Assembly (NCBI GenBank): GCA_965153285.1
Contig: OZ229114.1
Reading direction: 5' to 3' (one strand)
From: Podarcis tiliguerta
Taxonomy: Eukaryota
Length of the DNA: 64,000 bases
Below are positions 50,317 through 63,242 of the stretch, piece after piece. Position 1 is the first letter of the stretch; the number at the start of each line of letters is the position of its first letter. A program made the position numbers and the translations under genes. Under the pieces are notes generated by a model that made no database searches, was not told the DNA's origin, and was given only the letters and a program-made list of their open reading frames with translations.

Positions 50317-52934
50317 TACATTTTTGGGCCAGCAACTCATGCACATTGGGCAAAGCATTAAAGGAATGGATAGAACTGAATAGGTCCCTAACAGTTTTCA
50401 ACAGAGAAGAGGGAGGGAGAGGGAAGCTAAGTACTACCCATTCATGTATTTCAATATAATACTGCCTGGGCAAGTAGTATTTTAATTAGGTCAGTAAATG
50501 CAAAGACAACATGAGTACTTCAGTCAACATGAAAATTAATGAGCAGATTGAGGTTCTGATTTCCAGTGGTAGTGGCAAAAGTAGCCTTTAAGAAAAAGAG
50601 AAGGGGGACTACTTAGGACAGAATCTATTTTTTAGCAGTTCTCTTAGCCAAGGTCCTGCACAGAAAAGAACAAAGCTATTTCAACAATGATCTTGCGTTC
50701 GATCGCACTAGGGATAGATTCTAGCACCCTCAACTGAGCTCTTGCTGCAAACAGTCTTGTACGTTACTAATAGTTTAGAGGTGGTATGCAGATGAAACTA
50801 AAGACCTACTATAAGGTTTCCGATGTTATTTTCTTTGAGGAAGGGATCTCACGTTTCTTTGCTGATCTCTCTGTAACAATCCAAAATGTTTCGTGCATAA
50901 AATAAACTAGTCCTGCTGGGCTGCTTGCAGAGCAAAGAAAATGAGAGACCCCAAGATTCTCTCCTCCCACTTAAAACTTGAGGTTTCATTCTTTTATTTT
51001 CTCCTACTCAGTTCAAGGAGTTCTTTATCCATTTGTTTCATTAGGCACAGAGCACCAGAGAGACTTTCATTCTAACAGTCGCCTTCAAAACTGTAGTTGC
51101 CACAACAACCAGATGCAGCTTAGCTGCATTGTTCTCATTTGTTAGTACCATGACACAATCGTTCCATCTTCCTACAATGAAGCAACTTTTCATTTCTACT
51201 TTTCAAGGATGTTACATTTCCCCACAAAGATACAGATGTGCCATGAGTGTGCATGTGTCATACATGCAAAGTTGAAAACAAGATTCTTTTGGGAGAATTG
51301 TTATACTAGATTTGTTTTGAGATGTTGACAGCAATTGCTAGAGCCAGGCTGCTGAAACATCTAAAGCTTGGCCTTTAATAATCACCAAAGTAATATAGCG
51401 CCAGACCACATCTGAGCAGGGACTCCCAATAGTGTCAGATTGTGTCAAACTGCAGGATTGTTATGGGATGCGAGCAAATGTCCACACTTGTTTTACCCAA
51501 TCAAATCTGAATTAGGCTCTAGATGCAAGCCTCCTGTGTATTAACCCACTGGCCTCCCTGTTATTACCACCACCACAGACCTTCACATTTGAAGGCTAAT
51601 TTTAATTCAGCAATTTGAGTTGTTGCTGCAGATCTTGCTATACATTGCCCCACTCTCCCTTCTGATGATCCTTGTTTGAACTTTTACTCACGAGAAGTGC
51701 AAACAGGAGATGCACACAACATGCAGACATACAACACTCACAAATATATAGATGTAGTGAATATCTGATTACACATCACCATGAGGGTATTGAACTGTAT
51801 GTGTACTTGACCAATGAAACAAACACAAGTTTTCTGGTGCAAGCCCTCACAAGAGATGAGAAACAGTAACACAGTCCAACCTGCTTTAGCCATGCTTGGT
51901 ATCCAGAAGATGAAAGTTGGAATCCATCTTTAGGCATGTGTATTCTGGGCTAGGAGAGAATAGACATAAGAGACCTCCTTTTACATTGAGACCTGGCTAG
52001 CCTACCCTTATTTCCAGGTGAACGTAAACACCAAACACACTCTCAGCCATACACATAAAGATGCATTCTTCAGGGGAATTGCAGGGAGGCTGCTACTCTA
52101 TATAGCATAAATAATAGACCCTTAGGAAAAGAAAGATGATAAAGAATGCCCAACTCACAGAGGATTTTGCGCAGGTAAACATCTCTAGAACAATTAACCC
52201 ACGTAATACAGCTATAGCGTGGCCCACCGACACCCAAGATCGTCCATTAAGCTTTTTTGGGGAGATTCTTCACGGCAGCCGCAGGAATATAAGTAGTGTG
52301 GGTTTTTTTAATTAAAAAAAAAATATTCACCATCCGTGTATAAGATGACCCCCAATTTTTGACAAAAAAAAAGGAAATTATTAAAGCAAAAATAAGCAAA
52401 AACATTTTGTCTTGTACATGGAAAAATACAATAGTTCACATACCATGGATGGGGATCATTGTATGCACGCTACTTAAGGAGAATTTCTTAGGTGATGGCC
52501 ACTTCCCTCCAATCTAATTTATACACGTACAACGTCATCTTCAAGTTCGCCCTGAGAAAATCTGACCTCTTCACAGCCTACTGCTGGAAAGGGTAAGGGG
52601 TTCAAGCAGCTACGTGCTTGTTCCTTACAGCCTTTTTTGTTAAAGGATGCATATATGAGCCCATACAGCACCAAACCCCTTCATTTTCTTCTGACATGCC
52701 TGATCTAAAACTCTATGCAAACAGGATAACCACAATTAGAGCCGCTTTTTGATGTGGGAATTCTACTTGAAGAGCACAACAACTCACAGAGCATCAGTTT
52801 AAAACAGTGATTGTTCAAAATGTGTTCTGAAGAACCCTGGGGGTTCCTTGAAAGCTTGTGAGATAATTCTCAATGAGAAGACCAGAAAAGGCAGCGGCGC
52901 TTCCTTAATAGTTTCCCCCACCTATTATTAATTA

Positions 52935-53109
52935 CAGTGGACGCTTGGGTTGTGAACGTGATCTGTGCAGGATGCACATTCACAACCTGCAGCGGCGCTT
53001 CTGCGCATGCGCGACTGCCGAGATCCGGAAGTAACCCGTTCTGGTACTTCCGGGTTTCAGCGGTCCATAACCCGAAAAAACGCAACCTGAAGTGTCTGTA
53101 ACCTGACTG
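52935..53109. mobile_element. Tc1/mariner MITE, related family, CpG-rich core
   Basis: ta|cagtggacgcttgggttg ... gtaacctgactg|ta, with internal ccggaagta/tacttccgg inverted motifs. Confidence 0.7.
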
Positions 53110-53334
53110 TATTACTATTATTATTAATTACATTTATATCCTACGCTCATTCTGAAGGAGTCCAGGGCAGCACCTTCTCCTAAAATGAACAGCCAATAGT
53201 TATATGCATTCCAAGATGCACTATAAGTTCAGGCAGGGCAATAATAAGGCTTAGCAGGTTTATCCAGAGCTCTATAGGTATCGATTGTAAATTCTAGAAT
53301 ACATTCCAGATGTTCCACAACATACAGAGAATGA

Positions 53335-54275
53335 GCAGGCATTAAAACGGCAAACACAGTTCAGTGTAAGCAAGTGTAAAATAATGCATAGTGGGGCAAA
53401 AAAACCCTAACTTCACATATACACTTGGGACAGAATTGGCCCTGGTCACTCAAATGGATGATCTTCTTTCTGAGAGGGACTGAGGAAGTTTACCTTTGTT
53501 GCTCTTAACAGACTATCAAAGGGTGGTGACCAAAATAAGTGCATTTTCTGCTGCTGCCCCTGTTCTGTGGGTTGCCCTTCCCTCTACCATATGTGAAGCA
53601 GCAACCTCAGTTGCTTCACACATCTTTTTGCTCAGGCTTTCCCTGACCCATGAGGTTTATGTATGCAAATCCCCTGAATCTCTGTATTACTTACTTTTTA
53701 GATTGTTTCATTGTTTTTAGTTTGTGTTTTTGGTTTAATGAATATTGTTTTTATATTGCACACAGTGTACAGCACTTAAGAGATTTTGAAAATATTAAGC
53801 TGTTCAGAAAAGCTTCTAAATAAACAAATGCACTGATGTGGTCTGAACTGGCAGCAACAGACTAGAAAGGGAGCGTCGGGACTTAGCGGATAACTTGATG
53901 AACATGTCGACCCAGCAGCTGTGAAAAAAAGGTGCATTCCGCGTTAGGGATCATTGGAAAAGGGATTGAAAATGAAATGGCCAACAACAAAATGCTGTTA
54001 TACCCATCAATGGTGCAACCACATTTGGAACACTGTGTATAGTTCTGGTCACCACACATCAAAAAGGATGTTGCAGACCTGGAAAAGAGGTTTTAAAAGG
54101 GCAGCCTAAAATATTCAGGGGCCATAGCAACTCCCTTGTGAAGAAAAGTTATGATATTTGGAGCTCTTTTTAAAAAATGATAGAGGTATATAAAATTATG
54201 CACGGTGGGTAGAAAGTGGATAGGCACCTCTCATAATAGCAGAACCAAGAGTCAACTAATGAAGCTAAACAGTTT
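53335..54275 (+). mobile_element. CR1 fragment interrupted by an L2-like insertion (53427-53829)
   Basis: CR1 sequence cagttcagtgtaagcaagtgtaaaataatgcat...cacatatacact resumes at 53830 as cactgatgtggtctgaactgg...ccacatttggaacactgtgtatagttctggtcacc. Confidence 0.8.
53427..53829 (+). mobile_element. L2-like LINE 3' fragment nested in CR1
   Basis: Encodes AFSAAAPVLWVALP (L2 C-terminal RAFSxxAPxLWNxLP), followed by a T-rich 3'UTR and a taaataaacaaat tail. Confidence 0.65.
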
Positions 54276-55620
54276 AAAAAAGGATCAGTATTGTGGCTGA
54301 TGCTGTCCATATGTGACTGGTACAGACTTGCATTCTCACAACAGAATTTCACCTTCTCCACCCACAGCAAACCCTCAAAATCTGTTATGGAGGGTTGAGA
54401 TCCCCTCTGGAGCAGCTTTCAGGAGCATATGGAGGGCTGCAGGAGGAAGGAGAGGAAGGAGAAATCCCACTGCATGCGTGGAAGTACTTCTTCATACAGT
54501 TCACAGTTATGGAATTTGCTACAAGATGCAACCATTCTATACAAGTTTTACAAGCATGATCCCATGGGAACCCTCCCTACCCCATCATGCAGTGTATTAC
54601 CCAGCCTAACACCTGCCAAATTCCAATTCTGTAATGTGCTGCAGCAACCCAAACACTGTATTTAATATGTAGCCTACTTCTAGGGCTGCCTTCTCAACAG
54701 TCTCCCTCCCACGATGTACTAAAGTCATTAGCTCGTTCTGATTTCAAACTGGCCATCTTTTCCCTGCAATCTTTAACTGACTTTTTGTTTTATTACCTTC
54801 CTTTACCCCTTCTTCCATTTTTAACTTAATGGATCTAGCAGTCTCTAGTGAGGTCTGAAAAGGCTGTTTTCTCAGAATGAGTCAATATTTTAAATTCTAT
54901 GGAATGCATTTGTTTCCCCCCTAAAAAATAAATATAAAAATGCAGCCTTTAAAAGACAGACATTAAATTACAGACCTCAGTTCCTATTTTCTAAGCCTAA
55001 TACAACCCCTGAAGGCTTACAATATTTGAATCACAGCTGGAGCCATGGTTACCATACAGTTTAAATATCAGCTTCTTTACTGTGCAATTTGTTTTAAAAA
55101 TCAAATCAGAGGCTGTGTCATAAACAAGTGCTAATTAAGTAGCAAGCAAGAAGAGGGCTTTCTGTGCAAGAAAGGTTCTTAAATATCTGCCTCTCCAATC
55201 TTGTAAGAAAGGATAAATAAAGCCAGCTGGGAAAATTATGGGCCAAAACTGGCATGAGACATACACACACAAACAAAACTGTGGCTGGCACTAACCCTCC
55301 AGTGTTATTCCTTTCAGATGAGAGTCAAGAGGCTACAGATTATGATAAGCTTCTTGCTTTTAGGTGAACAATGCCAAGTTAGCATGGCAATGTGAGTTTG
55401 ATCACATAATTCTGTGAGGGCATAAGCATATTCCTACGCAGCCTCTATGCTTCAAGCCACTCAATTCTGAAACAATAGAAATCAAAACTGCAGCTCCCTT
55501 TTGGCACCACAGAACTACTGCTGGGATGGCAGAATATTTATTATTTTTATGTAGTCCTTTGGACAGATGCATTTTGTTAACAACAAGAACCCTGTAATTT
55601 ATTGCAATCCCCTATTTGGC

Positions 55621-55670
55621 AAAATTCATTTATTCTTAGCTAAATGCTTAGCTAAGAATAAATGAATTTT
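55621..55670. repeat. Perfect 23-bp inverted repeat with 4-nt loop
   Basis: aaaattcatttattcttagctaa-atgc-ttagctaagaataaatgaatttt. Confidence 0.97.
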
Positions 55671-56074
55671 TAATACAGTTTTTAGAAACACTTGTCACTG
55701 CTTCAGCATTTCCATTTAGTGAATAGGACTGATGTTGCTCTCAGCAGGGGGTGATATTTTAATGATGCAATGCTGCACTTCCTAGAAGACAGACAAGCCT
55801 CATGAGGCAGATTATAGGACTAAAGAAACTCAGATCCCATTAAAAGCAGACAGCTCCAGACCATTTTTAAAATTAATTTTGTTTAATGATAAAATGTGCT
55901 ATAACAGGTGGGTAGCCAATTGTAAAATTAACCAAAACATAGTTAAAGGAACAGAAGAATGTTAGAAAAGCAAATACAATAATGCTCCCACTACCAATTT
56001 ACCAGATGCATCTGTGGAAATACTGGCACCTATCAATACTTCATTTTCGCTGTCTACAAAGCAGGTGCAGTGCC

Positions 56075-56240
56075 TACATTCCTTTAAGCTTACATCAAGT
56101 CAGACCATTAGTCCATCTAACTCAGTACTGTCTACACTGACTGGCAGCAGCTCTCCAGAGTTTCAGACAGAAATCTCCCCCAGCCCTATCTGGAAATGCT
56201 GACGATTGAACATAGGACCTTTTACCACTGCACCACAATC
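56075..56240 (-). mobile_element. Squam2-like SINE (tRNA head plus CR1-derived tail), diverged
   Basis: Minus strand reads ggtcctatgttcaatc...atttccagatagggctggg...ctggagagctgctgccagtcagtgtagacagtactgagttagatggactaatggtctgac. Confidence 0.7.
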
Positions 56241-57874
56241 CTTCCTTGCTTTATCAAAGCCTGAAATGTTCAGAAACATTCACAGCAAGAAATATATTTG
56301 AATGAGTTGCCTTCAACAAAAGCTTGTTGCAAAGAGGCTTTTGCTTTTAGTTAACCATGGCTTCCCATTTCATCCAAACTGGGAGTCATGATTTAATATT
56401 AACTATGGCTGTTTCAAAACAAGCCACAGTTGGTGATGATGACCACAGTTCCCAGTCCAGACAAAATGGCAAATTACAGTAAACTAGAAATTGAAGCAAA
56501 AGCTTCTGAGCATGTATGAAGATGAAAGGGGAGCGGGAGAATGTGTGATCCCGGAGGCAGTTAGGCTCATTCATCATAGTGCTAAACCATGGTTTAGCAT
56601 TACATCTGAATCTTGCACTGTGTCTTTCTCATCTCTATCTTCCCATAACTCCTATCCAGTCAAAAACTTAGCAGCTAGTATTGTTTTGATTTACTCCACT
56701 AACAAGAACTATAATTTAGCACTAACTACTCATGAGGAATTATAGTTCTGCTGGTTGGTGAGCAATTTGCCAAGGAAGACCAGTTTAGCCACTTAAAATA
56801 AATATCCACCTGCATATACTAGCACTAATCAGGGCGTGAAATTAAACTTTTTATTCAGTAGAAAATAACTGCTGCAAGGCGGCGATTTAGTGGAAAGCAA
56901 ATATTAAGGTCAACCTATTCTTCCCAGTGCCTACAGTAGATATGCTAGGAGAGAGGGCATGGAGCACCAAATTCCACTTTTCTAAGTCCATGAAGCTAAA
57001 TACTTCAATGATGCGTTAGCAAATTTACCATTTGCTTTTACTAATTGCATATATTTAATGAAGCAAACAAAGCAAAAAGCTAAAACAAAATGCTGTTAAC
57101 TTGAACCCTGCACTCTCCTTGCATTGCCCCCCTAAAGCAACTAAAGAACTGAGTCCATTTGCGCACCCCTAAAGCAACTAAAGAATCGAGTCACATCATG
57201 AAGACTCAAATCATTCATTTATGTACCAAATTCACAAAATATTTATTTCTCTTTCTCTCTTTTTTCAAAAAAGCCTAACACACAATGATATCCATTGGTA
57301 CAATGTGCACATCTCTTGAAAGGAACACTGATTCATCATGTGTGAAGTTCTTTGACCCCAAAGAATTTCCCTTCCACTGCAATAAAGAGAGCTGGCCCTT
57401 GCACACGTGCTAAACAGCTCCCTCCTTTGAAAGAAATACAGGGATCTGGATTGAGGTGGCGGTTAACGTTGCCTTTCAAAAGAACAAATGTTCAGTTATT
57501 GAATATAGAGCAGCATATGCTCATTAGATATTTGCAAAACAAGTAGCGATAGAGTGTGATGTTTATTCAAACCCAACTGTTAAAATTTATATTTACAGCC
57601 CACTCTTTCCCAAAAGCTTGGGGTGAATAACAAATTTAAAAACAAATCTGGAATTCCCATTAGAAGTAAAACAACAAAGTAAAAAGACTTCCTTGCTCTG
57701 AGAATGTAAAATAATATTCCTCAAAATATTTTTTTTAAAAAAATATGAAAAAGCACGTAAGAGACAAGCCAGATGTTGTCTACAGAGAGACAAATCTATT
57801 TTGGCTCACAGCAAAGTGTTACGACTACCAAGGGAACTCATTTGAGCAACTCAGACATTTTGTATAGCTTAAGC

Positions 57875-58185
57875 CAGCCTTGTATTTAACCACTCGCCTG
57901 GTCACCATGGGTGACAAGGAATTACATGCAGTTAAGTAGGCTGAAAGCTGTCAGAGGGACAGTCATCTGACAGTCCCTGCATTTCTATGCTGGGTGTAAG
58001 GAGAGAAAACCTTCTCTTTCATGCCCAGCATGCAACACTTTTTGCTAGCCAGTTTTTTACATATAAGTGGGGATGGCAGAGGAGAGATTGAGTGTTCCAT
58101 CCGCCAGTCCTTCTCCTGACCACAAAACAGGCTAGTAAATTTTTTTTGCAGGCTAGTCATTTTTGTGGCCTTATTTACAAGGCTG
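57875..58185. mobile_element. hAT-type MITE, 311 bp
   Basis: TIRs cagccttgta / tacaaggctg (10/10). TSD gcttaagc / gctcaagc (7/8). Confidence 0.75.
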
Positions 58186-60134
58186 GCTCAAGCTCTAAGA
58201 GTTATTTATGGCCCAATCCTTTCTGTTGCTGCATGAGCAAACAAGCAGGTGGAATCAGGCTCCACACCTCTCTACCAAGCAGTGCCTACACTATGAGCTG
58301 ACTCAAGACATCAAGCCAACAGTGTGGATCAACCTAATTGTTGTAAACAGGCACCACTGTCAGATGTGGTTTAGTGGCAGAGCACAAAGCCATTACTGAG
58401 CATGGAAAAGGGTTGAGAGGTATCAGAACTGGGAAGGAATGAAGGCAGCTTGCATGCTAATGTAAAACCCGTAACTGAACCAGCTACACTGGTGTAGTCC
58501 TACCCAACCAATACCCTGTAGTAACTGACAGGCAGCACTACAGGATGGACTTACCTCACTTCCACCACACAAATGCAAGTTACATTTTTAAATGCTAATC
58601 TCTGCACTCACAGATACACATGTCTATAGGATCACCATGTCAGTCTATCAAGCTGACTTACTAAAGATCAGGTCATCAACTCAAGCTGCAGTGTCAGTAT
58701 TTTCAGCAATGCAATGAGAAAGCTCTCTGTTTTGAAGAAAGCGGGAGCAAGAGAATATGGCACATTTCATAATTTGTACTAGCCAAGTCCCTGAAAGGAG
58801 ACTCCACGTCTTCGACATGGGGTGGGGTGCGGGGAGAGAAATACTCTGCAACAGTGGCTATAAAGATGCTGTCCATGAGCTGGTAAAGGAAACGGGTAAT
58901 TTAATAATGAAAATAAAATAATAATCTAGCTAAACTCTGTTTAGATCATCAGGGTTTAAATCTCCTGAAATTTAAGTTCCTGAAGAGTTGGGGATTTCCC
59001 CCCTATAAGATTTAAGTGCTTTGGGTGAGGAATGAAGAAGGGATGGCACAGAGTTAATGTCTTCTCATTCACTACCCACACCATAACTCTTCTGGCAAAA
59101 ATGCAGAATATTCAAAAATGCCAAATTAAAAGTACCACAAGGAAAAAGGGGGTTAGAAATGAGTTGCAAAGGTATTTAATTAGAACTCTATACTAATAAG
59201 GTTTAACTCCATGCACTGGTAATTAGATTAAGCTGAAGTGGTTGCTAGTCCATTCATGAAAACAGATGTTGCTTCACAGAACCTTGATATCTTTCTTAAA
59301 TACCTTTGAAAACAAGGATCAGAAAATATGAACTCTTATAAAAGGGGCTTTATTGTATTTTTATAGCATATTACATACCTTGTAAGAATCAGTTTGTTAA
59401 GTGTGAATGTCAGTTTTATTCTCTGTCCCCCTTTTTCCTGGCTATTTACAAGCTTTGTAAGAAATTGTTCTTTAATTAAGTCTAAACATAGTTTTATATA
59501 AATGGATTCCTGGAATTAAAAACGTTCAGTCTTAAGAAATGATTGTTACAGAGACTGTAAGAGGCCGTAAAAAAAAGAATGCCACTTTAAACAAAGATTT
59601 CTCATTTTAATTAAAAAGATAATCATCAGAACATTCCTACATTTAACAGAACCATTTGAAGCTACTTTGGGTGGGGGGAAGCCTTCTTTTTGATGCAGGC
59701 ATATGTAGTGTAGTTTAGATGATATTTAATCAAAGTCCCAGCCAAGGCTATTCTATTGTGTTTTTAAGGACTGTATCTGCAATTTTAGTAGTTTAGTCAA
59801 ATACATACATTGCTTATTAAACTCATCCATTGTATGCTTGCAAATGGTTGCAACATAATCCAAAACTAATTTAAAGAATCATCTTGGGTTTTGTGGATTT
59901 CCTAAATTAAAGACTTCAAACAGAACATTTGATTCCAATATAACAGTAGTATACACCATGCAAGCCACAGACTTGGTTTACAGCCTACATTTTGGCAGCG
60001 GCAGCTTTTCTATATTGATAAGCATCCATTGTTTGGAGACGCAAAAAGCTAGCAAAGCTTTAGGCAACTGGTACACACACAACACTTATTCACCCTTATT
60101 CAATTTCCCCTGAAAGAAGTATCAGTCTGACTTG

Positions 60135-60345
60135 GTTCACATGTCATGCTAACCCAAACCATGGCTTATTGTGACCACACAAACCCTCAGAAAGGAGCGC
60201 AAAGCCATTTTGCTCCTCCCCAGTCATTCTGGCTGCTGCACCATGGTTTGGCTTAGTGTGTCATCCAAACCTGGGCTCATGATTTAGCTCTCTCAGATTA
60301 ACCATGAGCTATAAACCTTGAATGCAGCTTGTGGTTAGTCTGGAG
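60135..60345. repeat. Dispersed palindromic repeat (aaaccatggttt family)
   Basis: Repeated aaaccatgg / ccatggttt motifs. Related sequence at ~56345-56612 and ~1200-1300/1550-1620. Confidence 0.5.
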
Positions 60346-60724
60346 AGAGGAGGAGAGTTCTGATGACCAGAAAACCACAAGAGAGAGCATTCTTGTGGTT
60401 GTTTGGGGAGCAGCGTAGCTTGTGTGGGTATTATTACAATCTATATTGTAAGCCGCCTTGATTCAATCAAAAAGCAGGGTAGAAATCATCTGTATAAAAA
60501 AGTGGACTCAGGATGCTGCAAGACCATGCAGTATAGGAATGGAAACTATGACTGACTTTTCTTACCAACCCAAAATGTTTATTCTGCATAATATTGAGCA
60601 TGAACACTACATCCTCAGGGAGTAAATATGTACTCTTTTTCCAGCTAGTTTTAGTAATTTCATAGTGTGCATTGGAATGATTTCAAACTAATAATGCCCT
60701 TGGTTATCGCTATTTCCCGTGGTG

Positions 60725-60901
60725 CACTGGTCTTCAAATAGTGGGTCGGGACCCACTACCGGGCTGTGGTCTGATCAAAAGTGGATTGCAGTAACAGCAC
60801 TACCACCATGCAGATATATATCATGAATAATTAAGAAATAGGGCCCAAATCTATGCTTGGGTTAAACATGGGTCCCTGGTCTGAAAAGGCTAAAGACTAG
60901 T
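60725..60901. mobile_element. Degenerate hAT (Charlie/MER5-like) MITE
   Basis: cactggtcttcaaatagtgggtcgggacccac ... gggtccctggtctgaaaaggctaaagactagt. Confidence 0.55.
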
Positions 60902-61864
60902 CCTGTAGCATAATTTCAACTACTCAGCTGCAGAATCTAAAAGACAAATTTGTTGTAGTAAAAAACAACAACAAAAACACATTAATCAAAGGGTGAACTT
61001 AATTTTACCATTACAACAACAGATTTGTGGCTATGATGTTTTCAGAACGTTCTGCAGAACAGTAATAGTCTTATGAAAGGCTGGAACGGAGCACATTTTG
61101 TGAAAGACAGCGCTCCCAAAGGTCTACACATAGAATGAAAGGGAGCAAAGTTACAATTATTAGACATTCAGACATTATCAGAGAACTTTTGTTCTCTCTC
61201 CTATGGGACAGAATCTCCTAAGGAGAAACTAATACAACTGGGAAGTTTGGGACCAGTGGCCTATGGCATCTATTATCCCTTTCCTATTCAATGTGCAAAA
61301 TACTTCCAATGTTTCATAAAGTGCAGTAATCTGAAGCAAAAGTATAAATCTTATCTATTATGCAACCTAAAAATTAGCAAAGCTAGTTAATACACCCGTT
61401 GTGTTAACTTTTTTTAAAAAATGATATAAACTTTTCACCAAATAGGTCTCAAAGTGGCTTACAACAATAAAAATATACAATTCAACTCAATTTTAAGTGA
61501 TCCCTCAAACCAACATCTAGATCAGGGTAGCCAATGTGGTATCCTCCAGATGTTGTTAAACTACAATTCCCATTACCCTTGGCCTTTGGCTGCTAGCTGC
61601 AGCTGATGGGAATTGGTGGCCTCCAGATGTTGTTGGACTACAGATCTAGTCAGTCACTGACTGGTGGAGGGACAAAGAAACTGGAGGTGAATCACTACAA
61701 GACAAAAGGGTGCTGATCTTATATATGAGGAAAGGGGAAACCAGTGGCCCTCCTACTGTTATCAGTCTACAATTCTCATTAGCCACAGCATGGATGGTGA
61801 AAGGGAAGGGAAGATACTGTTGTAGCCCAATATCATCAATAGGGCCAGAGGTTCCACACACTGA

Positions 61865-62098
61865 TTATAGACAACTTCATAAAGGATAAGGCTATCAGTG
61901 ACTATAGGTGTGTATTACTTCCAAGATCAGAGGTAGAATGCCTCCAAATAGCAGTTACTGGGGGACAACAGCAGGAGAGAAAGCTATGGTCCTTGTGTTC
62001 TGTTTCAGAGTTTTTCAAAGGAATCTGTTGGCCACAGGAGGAAACGGCATGCTGGATAAACAGGTCTTCAGTATGATCTGGCAGAACGCTTCTTACAA
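61865..62098 (+). mobile_element. CR1 3'UTR fragment
   Basis: agacaacttcataaaggataaggctatcagtg...ttggccacaggaggaaacggcatgctggataaacagg...tgatctggcagaacgcttctta. Confidence 0.7.
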
Positions 62099-63129
62099 TT
62101 CAGACCTCTGAATTGGGGAAGTTTCGGGACCCTTCACTGTTGTGTCTGGATTCTCAAATGAAAGCAGTGGCTAGGACTGCCTTTGTTCACTTTGGCTGGC
62201 AAATGACTATTGAACTCACCTTGTAGCTATTATTAACATACAGTATTGGTATTTCCCAACAGGATTAGGCAAACACACTTTACATGAAACTGCCTTTAAA
62301 AAATGCCTAGAATCTTCAGTCAATGCAGAATTCTATGGCTTGCCTCTTAATGGAGTAAGGACCAAAATAAGCATTTAACAGCAATTTTAGTTCACCTGCA
62401 CCTGCCTCCAGCATTGATTATTACTTTTAAACTCCAATCCTTTAAAGACATACCTAGATATAAGCACTGCTAATCACAGTAAGACTTACTTCTGAGTAAA
62501 CATGAAAACATTGGGGGTTTTTATAGTCTGCCAGGCCAGTGCATATCTTTGATTGTCTAACACTCCTAAGAACACGTTCTACCACATATACCTTCCCACC
62601 CCTTCAAATTAGAGGATCATTGTATCAAATTTTATTTTGCCTTTAAGTCACTTTATGTGCTCCTTTACTGGAGCAGAAACATATATAATAAATGAATAAA
62701 TAATGTTTACTACCTTTTGAAAGGCAGCATATCTTTTGCCCAAGCTTTCCCTGGCTCATAAAATTATACCATGTTATTAATGAAATTCTATTTTACCTGT
62801 TTTTATAATACTATTTATGTTTGCATCTCCATTTTTATGACACTGTTTTATTGTTTTTATGTTGCAATCTTGTATGCTGCTTAAGAGGTTTTTAAATATC
62901 AAGTGGTTTAGAAATGCTTTGAAATAAATATAAATAAATAAATAAAATACTACTCAAGTGTCACCAAAGCTTCACTACGTATTTATTTAATTAAATAAAT
63001 GCAGGATTAATCAAATTCTATGATGCTGCTGAATGCAGATTTCTGCATTACAGAAGTCATTAATCTATAATATCCAGGCTTTAGCAAACATGGCCAGTTA
63101 CTTCAAATGTTATTTATTATTTTCTAAAT

Positions 63130-63242
63130 TTTAAATTTACTAAATGCTATTTATACTGTCCTTCGTTCGAGGATCACAGGGCGGTTTACAATATAAAAAC
63201 ACAAAAATACACAACATAGTAACAAACAAAAACAATAACCCT
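63130..63242 (-). mobile_element. L2/SINE-type 3' tail fragment
   Basis: atttatactgtcctt...gatcacagggcggtttacaatataaaaac. Similar tails occur near 25790, 53130, 60440, 61430 and 62870. Confidence 0.5.
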
